Below, one piece after another: positions 49,278 to 60,600 of a stretch of DNA of 64,000 nt. The stretch's first letter is position 1, and each line of letters opens with the position of its first letter. Origin of the DNA: an uncultured bacterium (GTDB lineage Bacteria > Krumholzibacteriota > Krumholzibacteriia > JACNKJ01); the NCBI GenBank assembly GCA_963695095.1, contig CAVOFT010000001.1:2272001-2336000 (forward strand), in the 5' to 3' direction. The translations under genes were made by a program, and so were the position numbers. The notes below the pieces were generated by a model. That model searched no databases and was not told the DNA's origin. It worked only from the letters and a program-made list of their open reading frames with translations.

Positions 49278-50357
49278 ATGCAGGATACAGCTTTTACAGC
49301 GCGGCACTGGCGGCCGCTCGCCGACGGCCGTCTCGAGTGCACGCTCTGCCCGCACCGCTGCCGCTTGGCCGATGGCCAGCGCGGCTTCTGCTTCGTGCGC
49401 GCGCGGCAGGGCGAGCGGCTGATCCTGGACACCTACGGCCGCTCGAGCGGCTTCTGCGTCGATCCCATCGAGAAGAAGCCCCTCTACCACTTCCTGCCCG
49501 GCACGCCGGTGCTCTCCTTCGGCACGGCGGGCTGCAACCTGGCCTGCCGCTTCTGTCAGAACTGGGAGATGAGCAAGGCCCGCGAGACCGATATCCTGGG
49601 CGCGGCGGCGACGCCGGCGGCCATCGCGGCGGCGGCAGTCGAACTCGGCTGTCGCAGCGTCGCCTTCACCTACAACGACCCGGTGATCTTCCTCGAGTAC
49701 GCCGTCGACGTCGCCGCCGCCTGCCGCGAGCGCGGCATCCACCCCGTGGCGGTGACGGCAGGCTACGTCGAGGCCGCGGGCCGGCGGGAGCTCTTCCCGG
49801 CCATGGACGCGGCCAACGTGGACCTCAAGGGCTTCAGCGAGCGCTTCTACCGGCGCCTCACCGGCGGCCGGCTCGGCACCGTGCTCGAGACGCTGGAGTA
49901 CATCGCGCGCGAGACGGAGCTCTGGCTCGAGATCACGACCTTGCTCATCCCCGGCGAGAACGATGGCGACGCGGAGTTGCACGCGCTCTCCGCCTGGATC
50001 CGCGAGCACCTGGGCCCGCAGGTGCCCCTGCACTTCACCGCCTTCCACCCGGACTTCCGCCTGCAAGACCGCCCGCCGACCCCGGCGGCCAGCCTGCGCC
50101 GCGCGCGGGCCATCGCCCGGGGCGAGGGCCTGGCGCAGGTCTACACGGGCAACGTGCTGGATCCCGAAGGGGGCAGCAGCTGGTGCGCCGGCTGCGGGGC
50201 GCTGCTCATCGAGCGGGAGGGCTACCGGCTCGGCCGCTGGGGCCTGGACGCCGCCGGCCGTTGCGCGGCCTGCGGCGATCCGCTCCCCGGCCGCTTCGAG
50301 GCGGCGCCGGGCGCATGGGGAGAGCGGCGCCTGCCGGTGCGGATCGCTGCGCCCTAG
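49278..50357 (+). CDS. amrS: AmmeMemoRadiSam-system radical SAM enzyme
   Basis: CTLCPHRC, DPIEKKPLYHF.PG, GCNLACRFCQNW (CxxxCxxC), AFTYNDP, AANVDLK, AFHPDF, YTGN, C-terminal CxxC pairs. Confidence 0.93.
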   Translation: MQDTAFTARHWRPLADGRLECTLCPHRCRLADGQRGFCFVRARQGERLILDTYGRSSGFCVDPIEKKPLYHFLPGTPVLSFGTAGCNLACRFCQNWEMSKARETDILGAAATPAAIAAAAVELGCRSVAFTYNDPVIFLEYAVDVAAACRERGIHPVAVTAGYVEAAGRRELFPAMDAANVDLKGFSERFYRRLTGGRLGTVLETLEYIARETELWLEITTLLIPGENDGDAELHALSAWIREHLGPQVPLHFTAFHPDFRLQDRPPTPAASLRRARAIARGEGLAQVYTGNVLDPEGGSSWCAGCGALLIEREGYRLGRWGLDAAGRCAACGDPLPGRFEAAPGAWGERRLPVRIAAP

Positions 50358-50431
50358 ACTTGCGATTTCGAGCTTGCCCGGCCGCGGCCCCCCTGCGCTA
50401 GACTGGCGCGTTTCCCTCGCCGGAGGTCGCC

Positions 50432-52132
50432 ATGTCGCTCGCCCTGGTGGGGCTGGTCTGCGCGGGGCTCTTCCTGCTCGCCTTCCGCTTCTACGGCCGC
50501 TGGGTCGCCCGCCACTATCAACTCAGCGCCGAGGCGCAGACCCCGGCTGAGCGCTTCGCCGACGGCGTCGACTTCGTGCCCACGCGGCGGCCCATCCTGC
50601 TCGCCCAGCACTTCGCCTCGATCGCGGCGGCAGGCCCCGTGGTGGGTCCGATCACGGCGGGGCTCTACTTCGGCTGGGGTCCGTCCCTGCTCTGGATCGT
50701 CTTCGGCAGCATCTTCATCGGCGCCATCCATGACTTCTCTTCCCTCGTCGCCTCGGTCAAGCACGACGCCAAGAGCATCCCCGAGCTGGCCCGGCAGTAT
50801 CTGGGTCCCCGGGCCTACGCCCTCGTGATGACCTTCATCTGGCTCTCCCTGATCTACGTGGTCATCGCCTTCACCGATGTGACCGCCCAGGCCTTCGTCG
50901 CCAAGGAGACCTGGGGCGGCGCTGTCCACGACATCGGCGGCGGCGTGGCCACCTCGAGCTTCCTCTACCTCCTGCTGTCGGTGCTGCTCGGCGTTGCGCT
51001 CACCAAGTGGCGAACCCCCCTCTGGCTGGCCACGCTGCTCTTCCTGCCGGCTCTCGTGGGCATCATCCTCTGGGGCCAGCGGCTGCCGATCACCTTCGCC
51101 GTGGCCAACCCGGCCCTCGTCTGGGGCGTCATCATCCTCGCCTACTGCGCCGTGGCCTCGGTGCTGCCGATGTGGCTGCTCCTGCAGCCACGCGGCTACC
51201 TGGGCGGCTACTTCCTCTACATCGTCCTCGCCTGCGGCCTGCTCGGCGTCATCTTTGGCGGCTACAAGGCCGAATATCCGGCCTTCCTGGCCTGGCACTC
51301 CGAGCGCCTGGGTTCGCTCTTTCCCTTCCTCTTCATCACCATCGCCTGCGGCGCCTGCTCGGGCTTCCACGGGCTCGTCTGCTCGGGCACCACCTGCAAG
51401 CAGCTCCACCGGGAGACGCATGCGCCGCTGATCGGCTACGGCGGCATGCTCCTGGAGGGCGTGGTGGCCGTGATGGCCCTTTCCACGGTGATGATGTGGC
51501 CGGCCGGTTCGGCGGAACTCGACAAGAGCCCCTCGGAGATCTACGCGGGCGGCATCGCCCACTTCGTCCACGCGGTGCTGGGCCTGCCGCGCGAGCAGGT
51601 GCTCGCCTTCGGCATGCTCGCCTTCACGACCTTCGTCTACGACACCCTCGATGTGGCCACCCGCCTGGGCCGCTATCTCATGGAGGAGCTGCTGGGCCTC
51701 AAGGGTCGCCGCGGCAAGTGGGCGGCCACCGGCCTCACCCTCGGCCTGCCGCTGGGCTATCTCTTCCTGGGCGCCAATCTCCAGGGCGCCCTCGGCGCGG
51801 CCAAGCCGATCTGGCTGGTGGTCTGGCCCCTCTTCGGCTCCTCCAACCAGCTCCTGGCCGGGCTCACCTTCCTGCTGCTGGCGGCCTGGTTTCGGGCGCG
51901 CCGGCGCTGGGCGCCGTGGCTCCTGCTGCCGGGCTTGTTCATGTTCGGAACGACGACGGTGGCCCTCGTGCTGCAGAGCCTCGCCAGCCTGAAGCAGTGC
52001 CTGGCCGGCACGGCGGCGGCCATCGATCTGGTCAACCTCGCCCTCGCCCTCGCGCTGCTGGCGACGGCGCTCGCCTTCCTCGTCCTCTGGCTCCGGCAAC
52101 TGCGACGAGCGCCCCTGGCGCCGGGCGCCTAG
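50432..52132 (+). CDS. cstA: Carbon starvation protein CstA-family transporter
   Basis: TPA....DGVDFVPT, HFASIAAAGP, GAIHDF, LLQPRGYL, IACGACSGFH, WPLFG.SNQLLA. Confidence 0.93.
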   Translation: MSLALVGLVCAGLFLLAFRFYGRWVARHYQLSAEAQTPAERFADGVDFVPTRRPILLAQHFASIAAAGPVVGPITAGLYFGWGPSLLWIVFGSIFIGAIHDFSSLVASVKHDAKSIPELARQYLGPRAYALVMTFIWLSLIYVVIAFTDVTAQAFVAKETWGGAVHDIGGGVATSSFLYLLLSVLLGVALTKWRTPLWLATLLFLPALVGIILWGQRLPITFAVANPALVWGVIILAYCAVASVLPMWLLLQPRGYLGGYFLYIVLACGLLGVIFGGYKAEYPAFLAWHSERLGSLFPFLFITIACGACSGFHGLVCSGTTCKQLHRETHAPLIGYGGMLLEGVVAVMALSTVMMWPAGSAELDKSPSEIYAGGIAHFVHAVLGLPREQVLAFGMLAFTTFVYDTLDVATRLGRYLMEELLGLKGRRGKWAATGLTLGLPLGYLFLGANLQGALGAAKPIWLVVWPLFGSSNQLLAGLTFLLLAAWFRARRRWAPWLLLPGLFMFGTTTVALVLQSLASLKQCLAGTAAAIDLVNLALALALLATALAFLVLWLRQLRRAPLAPGA

Positions 52133-53238
52133 AAGGCCTCGCCCAGGGTGATGGCGACGCTGTGCTCGCCCGCCTCGCCGACGCCGTAGTCGAGGCGCAG
52201 CGACAGCCCGCTCGCCGGGTCATAGAGATAGCGCAGGCCGATGCCCGCGCCCAGACGCGCCTGCCCCGGCGTGAGGCGTCCCAGCGCGGGCGCCACATCG
52301 CCGGCGCCGACGAAGAGGGCGCCGCCGAGGCGGCCGATCAGGGCCGGCCGGCGGAGTTCGAGCTGCGCGAGCAGGCGGCTGCGGTCCCGGTAGCGGGCGC
52401 TGGGATAGCCGCGCAGCTCCTCGTCGCCACCGAGCGCCGGCAGCTCGTCGAAGGGGATCTCGCCGCGCGCATCGTCGACGGCGACCTGGGCCGCGATCAC
52501 GAGGCCGGCGCCGGCACTCCAGTAGCCGCGCCCATCGAGGCCGTAGCGCTCGGCGTCCAGATCCCCGCCCAGGGCGCGGCGATGGAGGGTGGCCCCCGCG
52601 CTCAGGTAGAGCCCGTGGCGGGGCTGCCAGGGGCGGTCCCGGCGGTCGTAGACGAGGCGCGGCCCGATGCCGATCCGCAGGAAGGGCCGGCTGCCCACGA
52701 GATCGCCTGCGGCGAGACTGCCGCCCGGCTGCAGGCTGTCCGTCTCCAGCCGCTGCCGGCTGACGGCGCCGGCGAGCCCCAGCTCCCAGCCGCCGCCCAG
52801 GCGACGCAGGTAAGCTAGCTCGGCCACGCTTTCCCGAGGCGTGTAGCGCTCGGCGCTGTCGGCGGCGCGGCCGATGCCGTAGAAGTTGCTCGGAAAGCGG
52901 CGGTACTTGAGACCCCAGACGAGACGGTGGCGGCGGCCGCTCCAGCTGTTGTCGCCGCGCAGGCCGATCAGGAGCTGGTGCTTCTGGCTGTAGAGGGCCG
53001 TCGCGGCGAGCTGGGAGCGACTGCACTCGGGCTCCGCCGCGGGCGCTTCCTCGCCGCTGCAGCCATAGAGCCGCATGAGCACGCCGCCGCCCATCCAGGC
53101 GGTGTCGGTCGAGTAGCCCAGCGCCGGCAGCGCGATCCAGTTGCGCTGCGACTCGGCAGCCCGCGCCCGCGGCGCGACCGCCCCGGCAACGGCGAGGACG
53201 GCGACCGCCAGGGTCCGGCGCTGGTGGCGGCCGAGCAT
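52129..53238 (-). CDS. Omp85/BamA-TamA family outer-membrane protein, barrel only (no evident POTRA)
   Basis: Signal peptide, YDRRD..P..G, LGG...LRGY..RYRD, G.GLRY, LRLDYG, C-terminal GEAF beta-signal. Confidence 0.85.
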   Translation of the reverse strand: MLGRHQRRTLAVAVLAVAGAVAPRARAAESQRNWIALPALGYSTDTAWMGGGVLMRLYGCSGEEAPAAEPECSRSQLAATALYSQKHQLLIGLRGDNSWSGRRHRLVWGLKYRRFPSNFYGIGRAADSAERYTPRESVAELAYLRRLGGGWELGLAGAVSRQRLETDSLQPGGSLAAGDLVGSRPFLRIGIGPRLVYDRRDRPWQPRHGLYLSAGATLHRRALGGDLDAERYGLDGRGYWSAGAGLVIAAQVAVDDARGEIPFDELPALGGDEELRGYPSARYRDRSRLLAQLELRRPALIGRLGGALFVGAGDVAPALGRLTPGQARLGAGIGLRYLYDPASGLSLRLDYGVGEAGEHSVAITLGEAF

Positions 53239-53396
53239 CTTCAACCTCCGCTTGGATTTCGCTTGAAACACAGGCCTGTCCGGGACAGTAGTCTAGGCCT
53301 TCCCCGGAATCAACCCAGCTCCGGCGCCCCGCGCCCGGCGTCGAGTCCGCCGAGCAGCCACCGTCCGGCCCTCATCCGCCCCTGGAGGCAGCAGTG

Positions 53397-56300
53397 ATGA
53401 TACAGCGCACTCCCGGCGACGCGCGTCGCCTTCTCCCCTTCACGCTCTTCGGTCTGCTCGCCCTGCTTGCCGTCATCGGTGCGGCCGCAGGCACTGCCCA
53501 CGCCGCCGGCGGCTACCTGCGCACGCCGGACATCCACGGCGGGACGGTGGTCTTCTGCGCCGAGGGCGACCTCTGGGCCGTCTCGGATCAAGGCGGACTC
53601 GCCCGGCGCCTCAGCTCGCATCCGGGCCTCGAGAGCCTGCCCAGCTTCTCGCCCGACGGCGCCTGGATCGCCTTCAGCGGCCAGTACGACGGCAATCGCG
53701 ACGTGTTCGTGATGCCCGCGGCCGGCGGCGAACCGCGGCGGCTGACCTGGCATCCCGCCTCCGAGGAGGTGCTGGGCTGGAGCCCGGACGGCAAGTTCGT
53801 CCTCTTCCGCTCCCGCGCCGAGATGCCCCACGGCAGCCACGAAGTCTACTCGGTGCCGGCCGCCGGCGGTGAACCCAGCAAGCTGCCCGTGGGTTGGGCG
53901 GCCCGCCTGGCCATCGAGCCCGACAGCGGGCGCTGGGCCTTCAGCCGCCCCTCATCGGAGACCTTCACCTGGAAGCGCTATCGCGGCGGCACGGCCGCCG
54001 AGATCTGGGTGGGCGATCCCCAGCGGGCCGACTTCCGCAAGGTGACCGATTTCCCGGGCTTCGACGCCTATCCGATGTGGCATGGCGGGCGGATCTACTT
54101 CCTCAGCGACCAGGGCGGCACCGCCGATCTCTGGTCGATGCTGCCCGACGGCAGCGACCGCCGGCGGCTCACCGACGAAGGCAACTGGGACGCCCGCTGG
54201 CCGGCGATCGGTCCCGACGGCCGCATCGTCTACATGCTGGCCGGCGGCATCAAGCTCTACGATCCGAGCACGCAGACGAGCCGCGTCATCCCGATCGAGT
54301 TGCCCAGCGAGCGCAGCCTGGCGCGCTCCCGCTACAGCGATGCCGCGCAGTTCCTCTCCGGCTTCAGCCTCGCCCCCGAGGGGGATCGACTGGCCATCGC
54401 CGCGCGCGGCGAGATCTTCGCCCTCCCGGTCGAGGACGGCGTTACCCTGCCTGTCACCCGGGGCAGCGGCGCCCGCGAGGAGTTTCCCGAGTACAGCCCC
54501 GACGGTAAGCGCCTGCTCTACGTCAGCGACGCCGGCGGCGAGGAGGCCATCCACAGCGCGGATGCCTGGGGCCGCGGCGAGGTCAAGATCCTGCGGCCGG
54601 CCGGCGAGCGGGGACATCTCTTCGCGCCCCTCTGGTCGCCGGACGGCAAGTGGATCGCTCTTCGGCGACGAGGCGCAGAATCTCTGGCTGCAGGCCGTCG
54701 CCGGCGGCGAAGCCCTGTGCATCGACAGCAGCGACCGCGGCCCGATCTACGAGTACAGCTTCAGCCCCGACAGCCGCTGGATCGCCTACGCGAAGGTCCT
54801 GCCCAACGACTTCGGCGGCATCTTCATCTACGACACCCAGGAGAAGCTGAGCCGGCGCATCACCAGTCCCTATACCGGCAACGGCTCGCCGGCCTGGGAC
54901 CCCGAGGGCAAGTACCTCTATTTCGTGGGCGGGCGCATGATGAACCCGCTGTTCGGCACCCGTGACTTCACCACTGTCGAGGTGAACAACGACAAGCTGT
55001 ATCTGGTTATTTTGCAGGTAGATGGAGAGAACCCCTTCGCCCATCTCGAAGGCGTACCCCCCAAGGCAGAGGCAAGCGGGAAGGAAGAGAAGGGCGGCAA
55101 GGCGAAGAAGGGCGCCCGCCCGGAGAAGTCCGGCAAGAAGGACAAAGACAAGGAAAAGGAGCAGCCCGAGGATGAGGGTCCCAAGCCCCTGCGCATCGAC
55201 TTCGCGGGCATCGACCAGCGCATGGTCGCTCTGGACGTCCCCGGCGGCCAGTACCGCGGCCTGGAGGCCATCGCCGGCAAGCTGTTCTACCTGAGCACGC
55301 CGCTGACCGGCTGGACCGAGAACCAGGACGAGGAGGACGCGCCCGCCAGCCTGATGGTCTTCGACCTCGAGGACGAAGAGGCCGAGGAGTTCATGGGCGG
55401 CGTGGCTGGCTTTCGGATCGCCGCCAAGGGCGAGAAGATGGTCGTCGCCAAGGGGCCCGGCGAGCTCTACGTCGTCGGCACCGACAGCAAGCCGGACGAT
55501 CTCAGCGAGGCCGGCGTCTCCCTGGCCGGTGTGGTGATCGACCTCGATCCCCGCGAGGAGTGGGCCCAGATCTACCACGAGGCCTGGCGGCGCATGCGCG
55601 ACCGCTACTGGGACGAGAGCATGGCCGGCGTCGACTGGGCGGCCATGCGCGAGCAGTACGCGACCCTGCTGCCCTTGCTCGCCCACCGGGACGACCTCGG
55701 CGATCTGCTCGGCGAGCTGATCGGCGAGCTGAACACCAGCCACACCTACGTCTGGGGCGGCGATCGCGGCGGCGACACGCCGAGCGTCGCGACGGGGCTG
55801 CTCGGCGCCGATCTCGCCCGGGAGGGCACGGCCTACCGCATCGCTCGCCTCTACCGCGGCGACGAGGCCGACGATCTCGCCGCGCCCCTGCTCGCGCCCG
55901 GGGTCAATCTGCGCGAGGGCCAGTACATCCTCGCCGTCAACGGGCTGCCCTTCACGGCCGATCGGCCCTTCCATGCCAGCCTGGAGACGCTCGCCGGCAA
56001 GGACGTGCTGCTCACCGTCGCCGACGACGCGGCCGGCAAGCAGGGTCGCCGCGACGTGGTGGTCACCACTCTGCGCAACGAGCACGATCTGCGCTACGCC
56101 GACTGGGTGCGCCGCAACCGCGAGTGGGTGGATCAGGCCTCGGGCGGCAGCTTCGGCTACGTGCACATCCCCGACATGGGTTACAGCGGCATGACGGCTT
56201 TCGACCGCTGGTACTACCCGCAGCTGGACAGGGAAGGCATGGTCGTCGATTGCCGCTGGAACGGCGGCGGCTTCGTCTCGCAGATCCTGCTCGAGCGCCT

Positions 56301-56772
56301 GCGCCGGCCGGTGACGGCCTGGGACCGCAGCCGCTTCGGCGGCGTCGACACCTATCCCTATCGCACGCTCAACGGGCCCTTCGTCGTGCTCACCAACCAG
56401 GAGGCCGGCTCCGACGGCGACATCCTGCCGCGGGCCGTGCAGATCGAGAAGCTGGCCCCCGTGATCGGCATGCGCTCCTGGGGCGGCGTCATCGGCATCA
56501 GCAGCACGCAGAGCCTGGTCGACGGCGGCACGGTGACCTTCCCCTTCGCCGCCTGGTGGGAAAAGGACGGCGGCTGGACGCTCGAGAACCACGGCGTCGA
56601 CCCCGACATCGTGGTCGAGAACCTGCCGCAGGAGGTGGCAAGCGGCAAGGACAGCCAGCTCGAGCGCGGCCTGACCGAGCTCACGCGCCTCCATGCGCAG
56701 GAGCCGCCCGCGAAGCCGGACTTCGGCAGCATCCGCCCCAGGTCTCGCGAGAGCTTCCGCCCCGAGCGCTAG
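53397..56772 (+). pseudogene. Tricorn-like S41 protease, +1 frameshift near 54658
   Basis: PD40 propeller repeats (FSPDG, WSPDG), ELNTSHTY (His), PDZ region, GYVHIPDM, AGSDGD (Ser), RSWGG, ENHGVDPDI; split between the 53394 and 54082 frames at WIA/LFGDE. Confidence 0.9.
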
Positions 56773-56793
56773 AGCCGGCAAGCCTTCCCCGTC

Positions 56794-56833
56794 GCGGCGC
56801 GGCCCCCCTCGCGGGGCCGCGCCGTTGCCTTTG
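56794..56833 (+). terminator. Probable intrinsic terminator after the tricorn gene
   Basis: GCGGCGCGGCCCC/GGGGCCGCGCCGT stem followed by TGCCTTTGT. Confidence 0.55.
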
Positions 56834-57008
56834 TCCTGCGCGGCTGGCGTCTGCCTTGCAAGCACGCCCATGTCTGCGGCCACGACGGCGGCCGGGATGG
56901 CGCAGGATTCCCGACGATTCCCTGCGCTACCCGCCTGTGCCCCGCTCCATGCGGGATCGGCAAAGGCTGCCGCAGCCCCGGCTGCACAACTGCGCAAGGA
57001 GATGCATA

Positions 57009-57578
57009 ATGAGAAAGCTGCTAACGAGTCTGCTGGTGCTGGCCCTGGCCAGCGGTGTCGCCGCTGCCGACAGCTACATCGGCCTCTTCGCCGTCCCCCA
57101 CGCCACCTACTGCTACGGCAACACCGAGCAGTACACCACGACCACCGTGCACGTGGTCGCCTGGCTCGACAACGACTGGTCCGGCTCCGTGTCGGCCTGC
57201 GAGTTCTACATCGACAACTTCCCCGTGGCCGGCGCCGAGGGTGCGATCACCACGAACTGGAACACGCCGCTGGTAATCGGCCAGGTGAGCTACGGCATCG
57301 CGCTGGCCTTCAACCCGCCGCTGCCTGGCCCCTTGGCCTATCTCGGCAGCATCGAGTTCTTCGCCCTCGACCCCAACTGGATTCCCGCGAACTACGTGAT
57401 GGCGGTCCGTCCCTCTCGCCAGAGTGACACCCTCGCCCTCGTGGACACGCAGGGCCAGACGATGGCGGTGGCCGGCGGCCAGTACACCTTCAACTGCTCG
57501 AACCCGAGCACCTGCGATTGCCTGGAGTCGGTGGCCACCGATGCGACCAGCTTCAGCAGCGTGAAGGCCCTGTACTAG
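57009..57578 (+). CDS. Hypothetical secreted beta-rich protein with conserved C-terminal tail
   Basis: AAGGAG SD, MRKLLTSLLVLALASGVAAA signal peptide, YIGLFA, TFNCS..CDC, ends VATDATSFSSVKALY. Confidence 0.85.
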   Translation: MRKLLTSLLVLALASGVAAADSYIGLFAVPHATYCYGNTEQYTTTTVHVVAWLDNDWSGSVSACEFYIDNFPVAGAEGAITTNWNTPLVIGQVSYGIALAFNPPLPGPLAYLGSIEFFALDPNWIPANYVMAVRPSRQSDTLALVDTQGQTMAVAGGQYTFNCSNPSTCDCLESVATDATSFSSVKALY

Positions 57579-57607
57579 CTCACTGCTCGGACTTCTGCTC
57601 CATGACG

Positions 57608-57636
57608 AAGGGGCCGCGCCAGCGCGCGGCCCCTTT
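57608..57636. terminator. Bidirectional terminator between convergent genes
   Basis: AAGGGGCCGCGC-CAGC-GCGCGGCCCCTT(T) 12-bp stem. Confidence 0.7.
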
Positions 57637-57684
57637 GCATTTGCCGGGCGCAGGTGCTCGCTGCGCCGAAAGCCGACAGATGCT

Positions 57685-60600
57685 CTACCTCAGCAGCACG
57701 AGCTTCTGCGCGGCCGCGCGGCCGCCGGCTCGCAGCTGCACCAGGTAGACGCCGCTGGCCAGGGCGCGACCCGCCTCGTCGCGACCGTCCCAGGCCACGG
57801 CCTGCACGCCGACGCTCCTGGGCTCCCCGGCAAGGAGCCGCCGCAGGCGGCGGCCACCGAGATCGAAGATGCCGAGCTCCACCGCGGCGGGCACGGCCAG
57901 GCTGAAGCGGATCTCCGTGCGCGGGTTGAAGGGATTGGGATGGGCACCGAGCAGGGCGAAGGCCACCGGCGGGGTGTCCACCGCTGTACTGGTCTCTTCG
58001 ACCGCAAGCCGTTGATCTGCGGGCACGCCATGGAGGCGGCTTTCGAGGCCGCTCGGCCAGCGCAGGATGAGCGTATCGACGACGCTCTCCGCGCCGAGCC
58101 CGAAGTGCAGGGTGGGCGCATTCTGCGACAGGTAGCCGGCGTCCCCGCCCAGCGCTCGCGTCACGCGCAGCGGGCCGGCGACGGCGGTCACCCGCGCGCC
58201 CAGGCCGAGCCGGTTGCTCGCCGTGCCCACGAGGTCGAGCGCGAGCCAGTGGCCGCCGGGCGTATCGTTGCGCACGAGGCGGTTGGGGCCGTCGGCGTAG
58301 GCGAGGTAGAGATCGAGATCGCCGTCATCCTCGATGTCGGCCCAGGCGGCGCCGTTGCCGATCCCCGTTGCGCCGAGGGCGGGATGGGTGGCATCGCTGA
58401 AGCCGGCAGCCCCCTGGTTCATGAACAGCTTGCTGGCCCCGCTGTTGACGAGGTAGAGGTCGAGCCAGCCGTCGGCATTGAAGTCGGCCCAGGCGGCGCC
58501 GCGACCCGTACCGGCGTCATCCAGGGGCGGCGTCGTGACGTTCACGAAGGCCGCACCGTCATTGCGATAGAGGCGATTCGCCCCATCGTTCACCACGTAG
58601 ACATCCAGGTCGCCATCGTTGTCGAAGTCGGCCCAAGCCGCGCCGTAGCCGTTCCCGGCATCGCCGAGGCCCAGCGCGGCCGTCGCCTCGCTGAAGCTGC
58701 CGTCGCCGCCGTTCCGGTAGAAGATGTTGCTGGTCTGCCGGACGAGGTAGAGGTCGCGGTCGCCGTCGCCGTCGGCATCCGCCCACTCGGCCGAGCGCCC
58801 CCAGCCTGCGTCGCCCAGGGGCGCCACCGTGGCGTCGACGAAGCTGCCGGCGCCCAGGTTCCGGAGCAGACGATCGGGGGCATAGGCGTTGACCACGTAG
58901 AGATCGACCAGGCCATCGTCGTCGGCATCGCCCCAGGCGACATCGGTGCTGTACTCCGCGCCCCCGAGCGGTCCCGCGGTGATGTCCACGAAGCTACCGG
59001 CGTCATTGCGAAAGAGCAGGTTGGACTGGCCGCTCGTGCGGGCGAGGTAGAGGTCGAGGTCGCCGTCGTTGTCGATGTCGGCCCAGGCGGCGCCGCGGCT
59101 CGCTCCGTTCACGTCGATGGGCGGCGCGCCCGCGCCGGTGAAGACGCCGCCGCCCTGGTTCGCGAAGAGCCGGTTCGGGCTGCCCGAGTTGCTCAGGTAG
59201 AGGTCCGGGAGGCCATCGCCATCGGCATCGCCCCAGGCAACGCTCTGGCCGTTGCCGGCGTCCGCCAGGGGAGCGGCGCTGATGTCCGTCCAGGCGCCGG
59301 CGCCGAAGACGCCGAAGTATGGACTCCAGGCGAAGTGGCCGTCGTCACCGACCACCTTGATCCGGAAGTCGTTGCCGGTGCCCCAGGCCGGGTCGACGCT
59401 GCCCGCCGGAGTCTCCTCGCCATCGTTGGCCGACCAGTCGGCGAGCCGGGTCAAGAAGGCGCTGCCCGCGTAGAGGTCGAGCACGACCGCGCTCCCGCTC
59501 GCCCCCGTCCAGACCACGGCCGGCAGCGGCTCGCCGTGCGTCAGCACGGAACCGGCGGCCGGGGCCGTCACGCTGAAGTAGCCGAGAGGTTCGATGCCCA
59601 CGACCATGCCCTCGGTCATGTAGTCGCAGCCCGTCCAGGGGCAGTAGACCTCATCCAGGGCGTACCAGACGTTCTGGCTGCCGCCCCAGCCGTAGTTCAT
59701 GTGGTAGTAGCGCGCGCCGGCGTCCTCCTGATAGCCGTCGCAGATGATCGAGTGGCTCGTGATGCGGTAGTGCATGGGCCGCGGCGGGAAGGCGTCGAGT
59801 TCCTGGCAGATGCGCGCCCACCAGGCGTCGGCGCTGTGCTGACTGCGCGTGATGTAGGCAGCATCCGGCGCGTAGCGGAAGTAGGTCGGGTAGACGGTCT
59901 CGCCCAGGTTCACGTAGCTGCCCGAGGCGCAGACGCCGAAGTCCATGTCGAAGGCCACGGCAACCTCGTAGTTCAGCTCGGCCGCGGCGGCGGCCTGGGC
60001 GGCGTTGTAACCGCCGGAATAGGAGACGAGGATGTTGGCCCAGTCGTAGGCGTCGCTGTAGTCCGCACTGAGCAGGCCGCCGCCGACGTTCTCGCCGCAG
60101 GAGTCGTCGCCGCCCCACTGATAGCTGTGCGAGCCGCTGCCGGCAGCGGGGTAGTTCCAGTACTTGAGGATCATCGCCGCCGAGGTGGCCACGCAGCCCA
60201 CCACGCAGGTGCCGCCGTCCCCCGGCGGACAATCGCCATTGAAGGGCGCGCCCTGGGCCCAGTTGCTGGCGATCAGCGGCCCCACCGGAGCCTCGCGCGG
60301 CGCCGGGGCGGTGCCGGCGAGCAGGGCTGTCCACGCCGCACGCGCCCGGTCGGCGGCCGGGTCCGCCCCCGCCGCCGGCGCGCCGGCGGCGAGGCGCTCG
60401 TGGGCGATGAACAGGGTCTCGCGCAGGAGCGCGGCATAGCCGTCCCGATCCGCCGTCATGAGATCCGTTGCAAAGGAGAAAGCCTTGATGGGCGGCAGCT
60501 CGCGCGCCGCCGAGACCAGGATGTGTCCGCGGGGCGCGAGGGGCAGCTGCCAGCCGATCAGCCGGCCGCCCTGGGCCCAGGGCTGGCAGCCGACGATCCG

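Noticed and set aside
58300..59260. Periodic nucleotide repeats
   Set aside because: Coding FG-GAP repeats, not CRISPR or a DNA-level repeat element.
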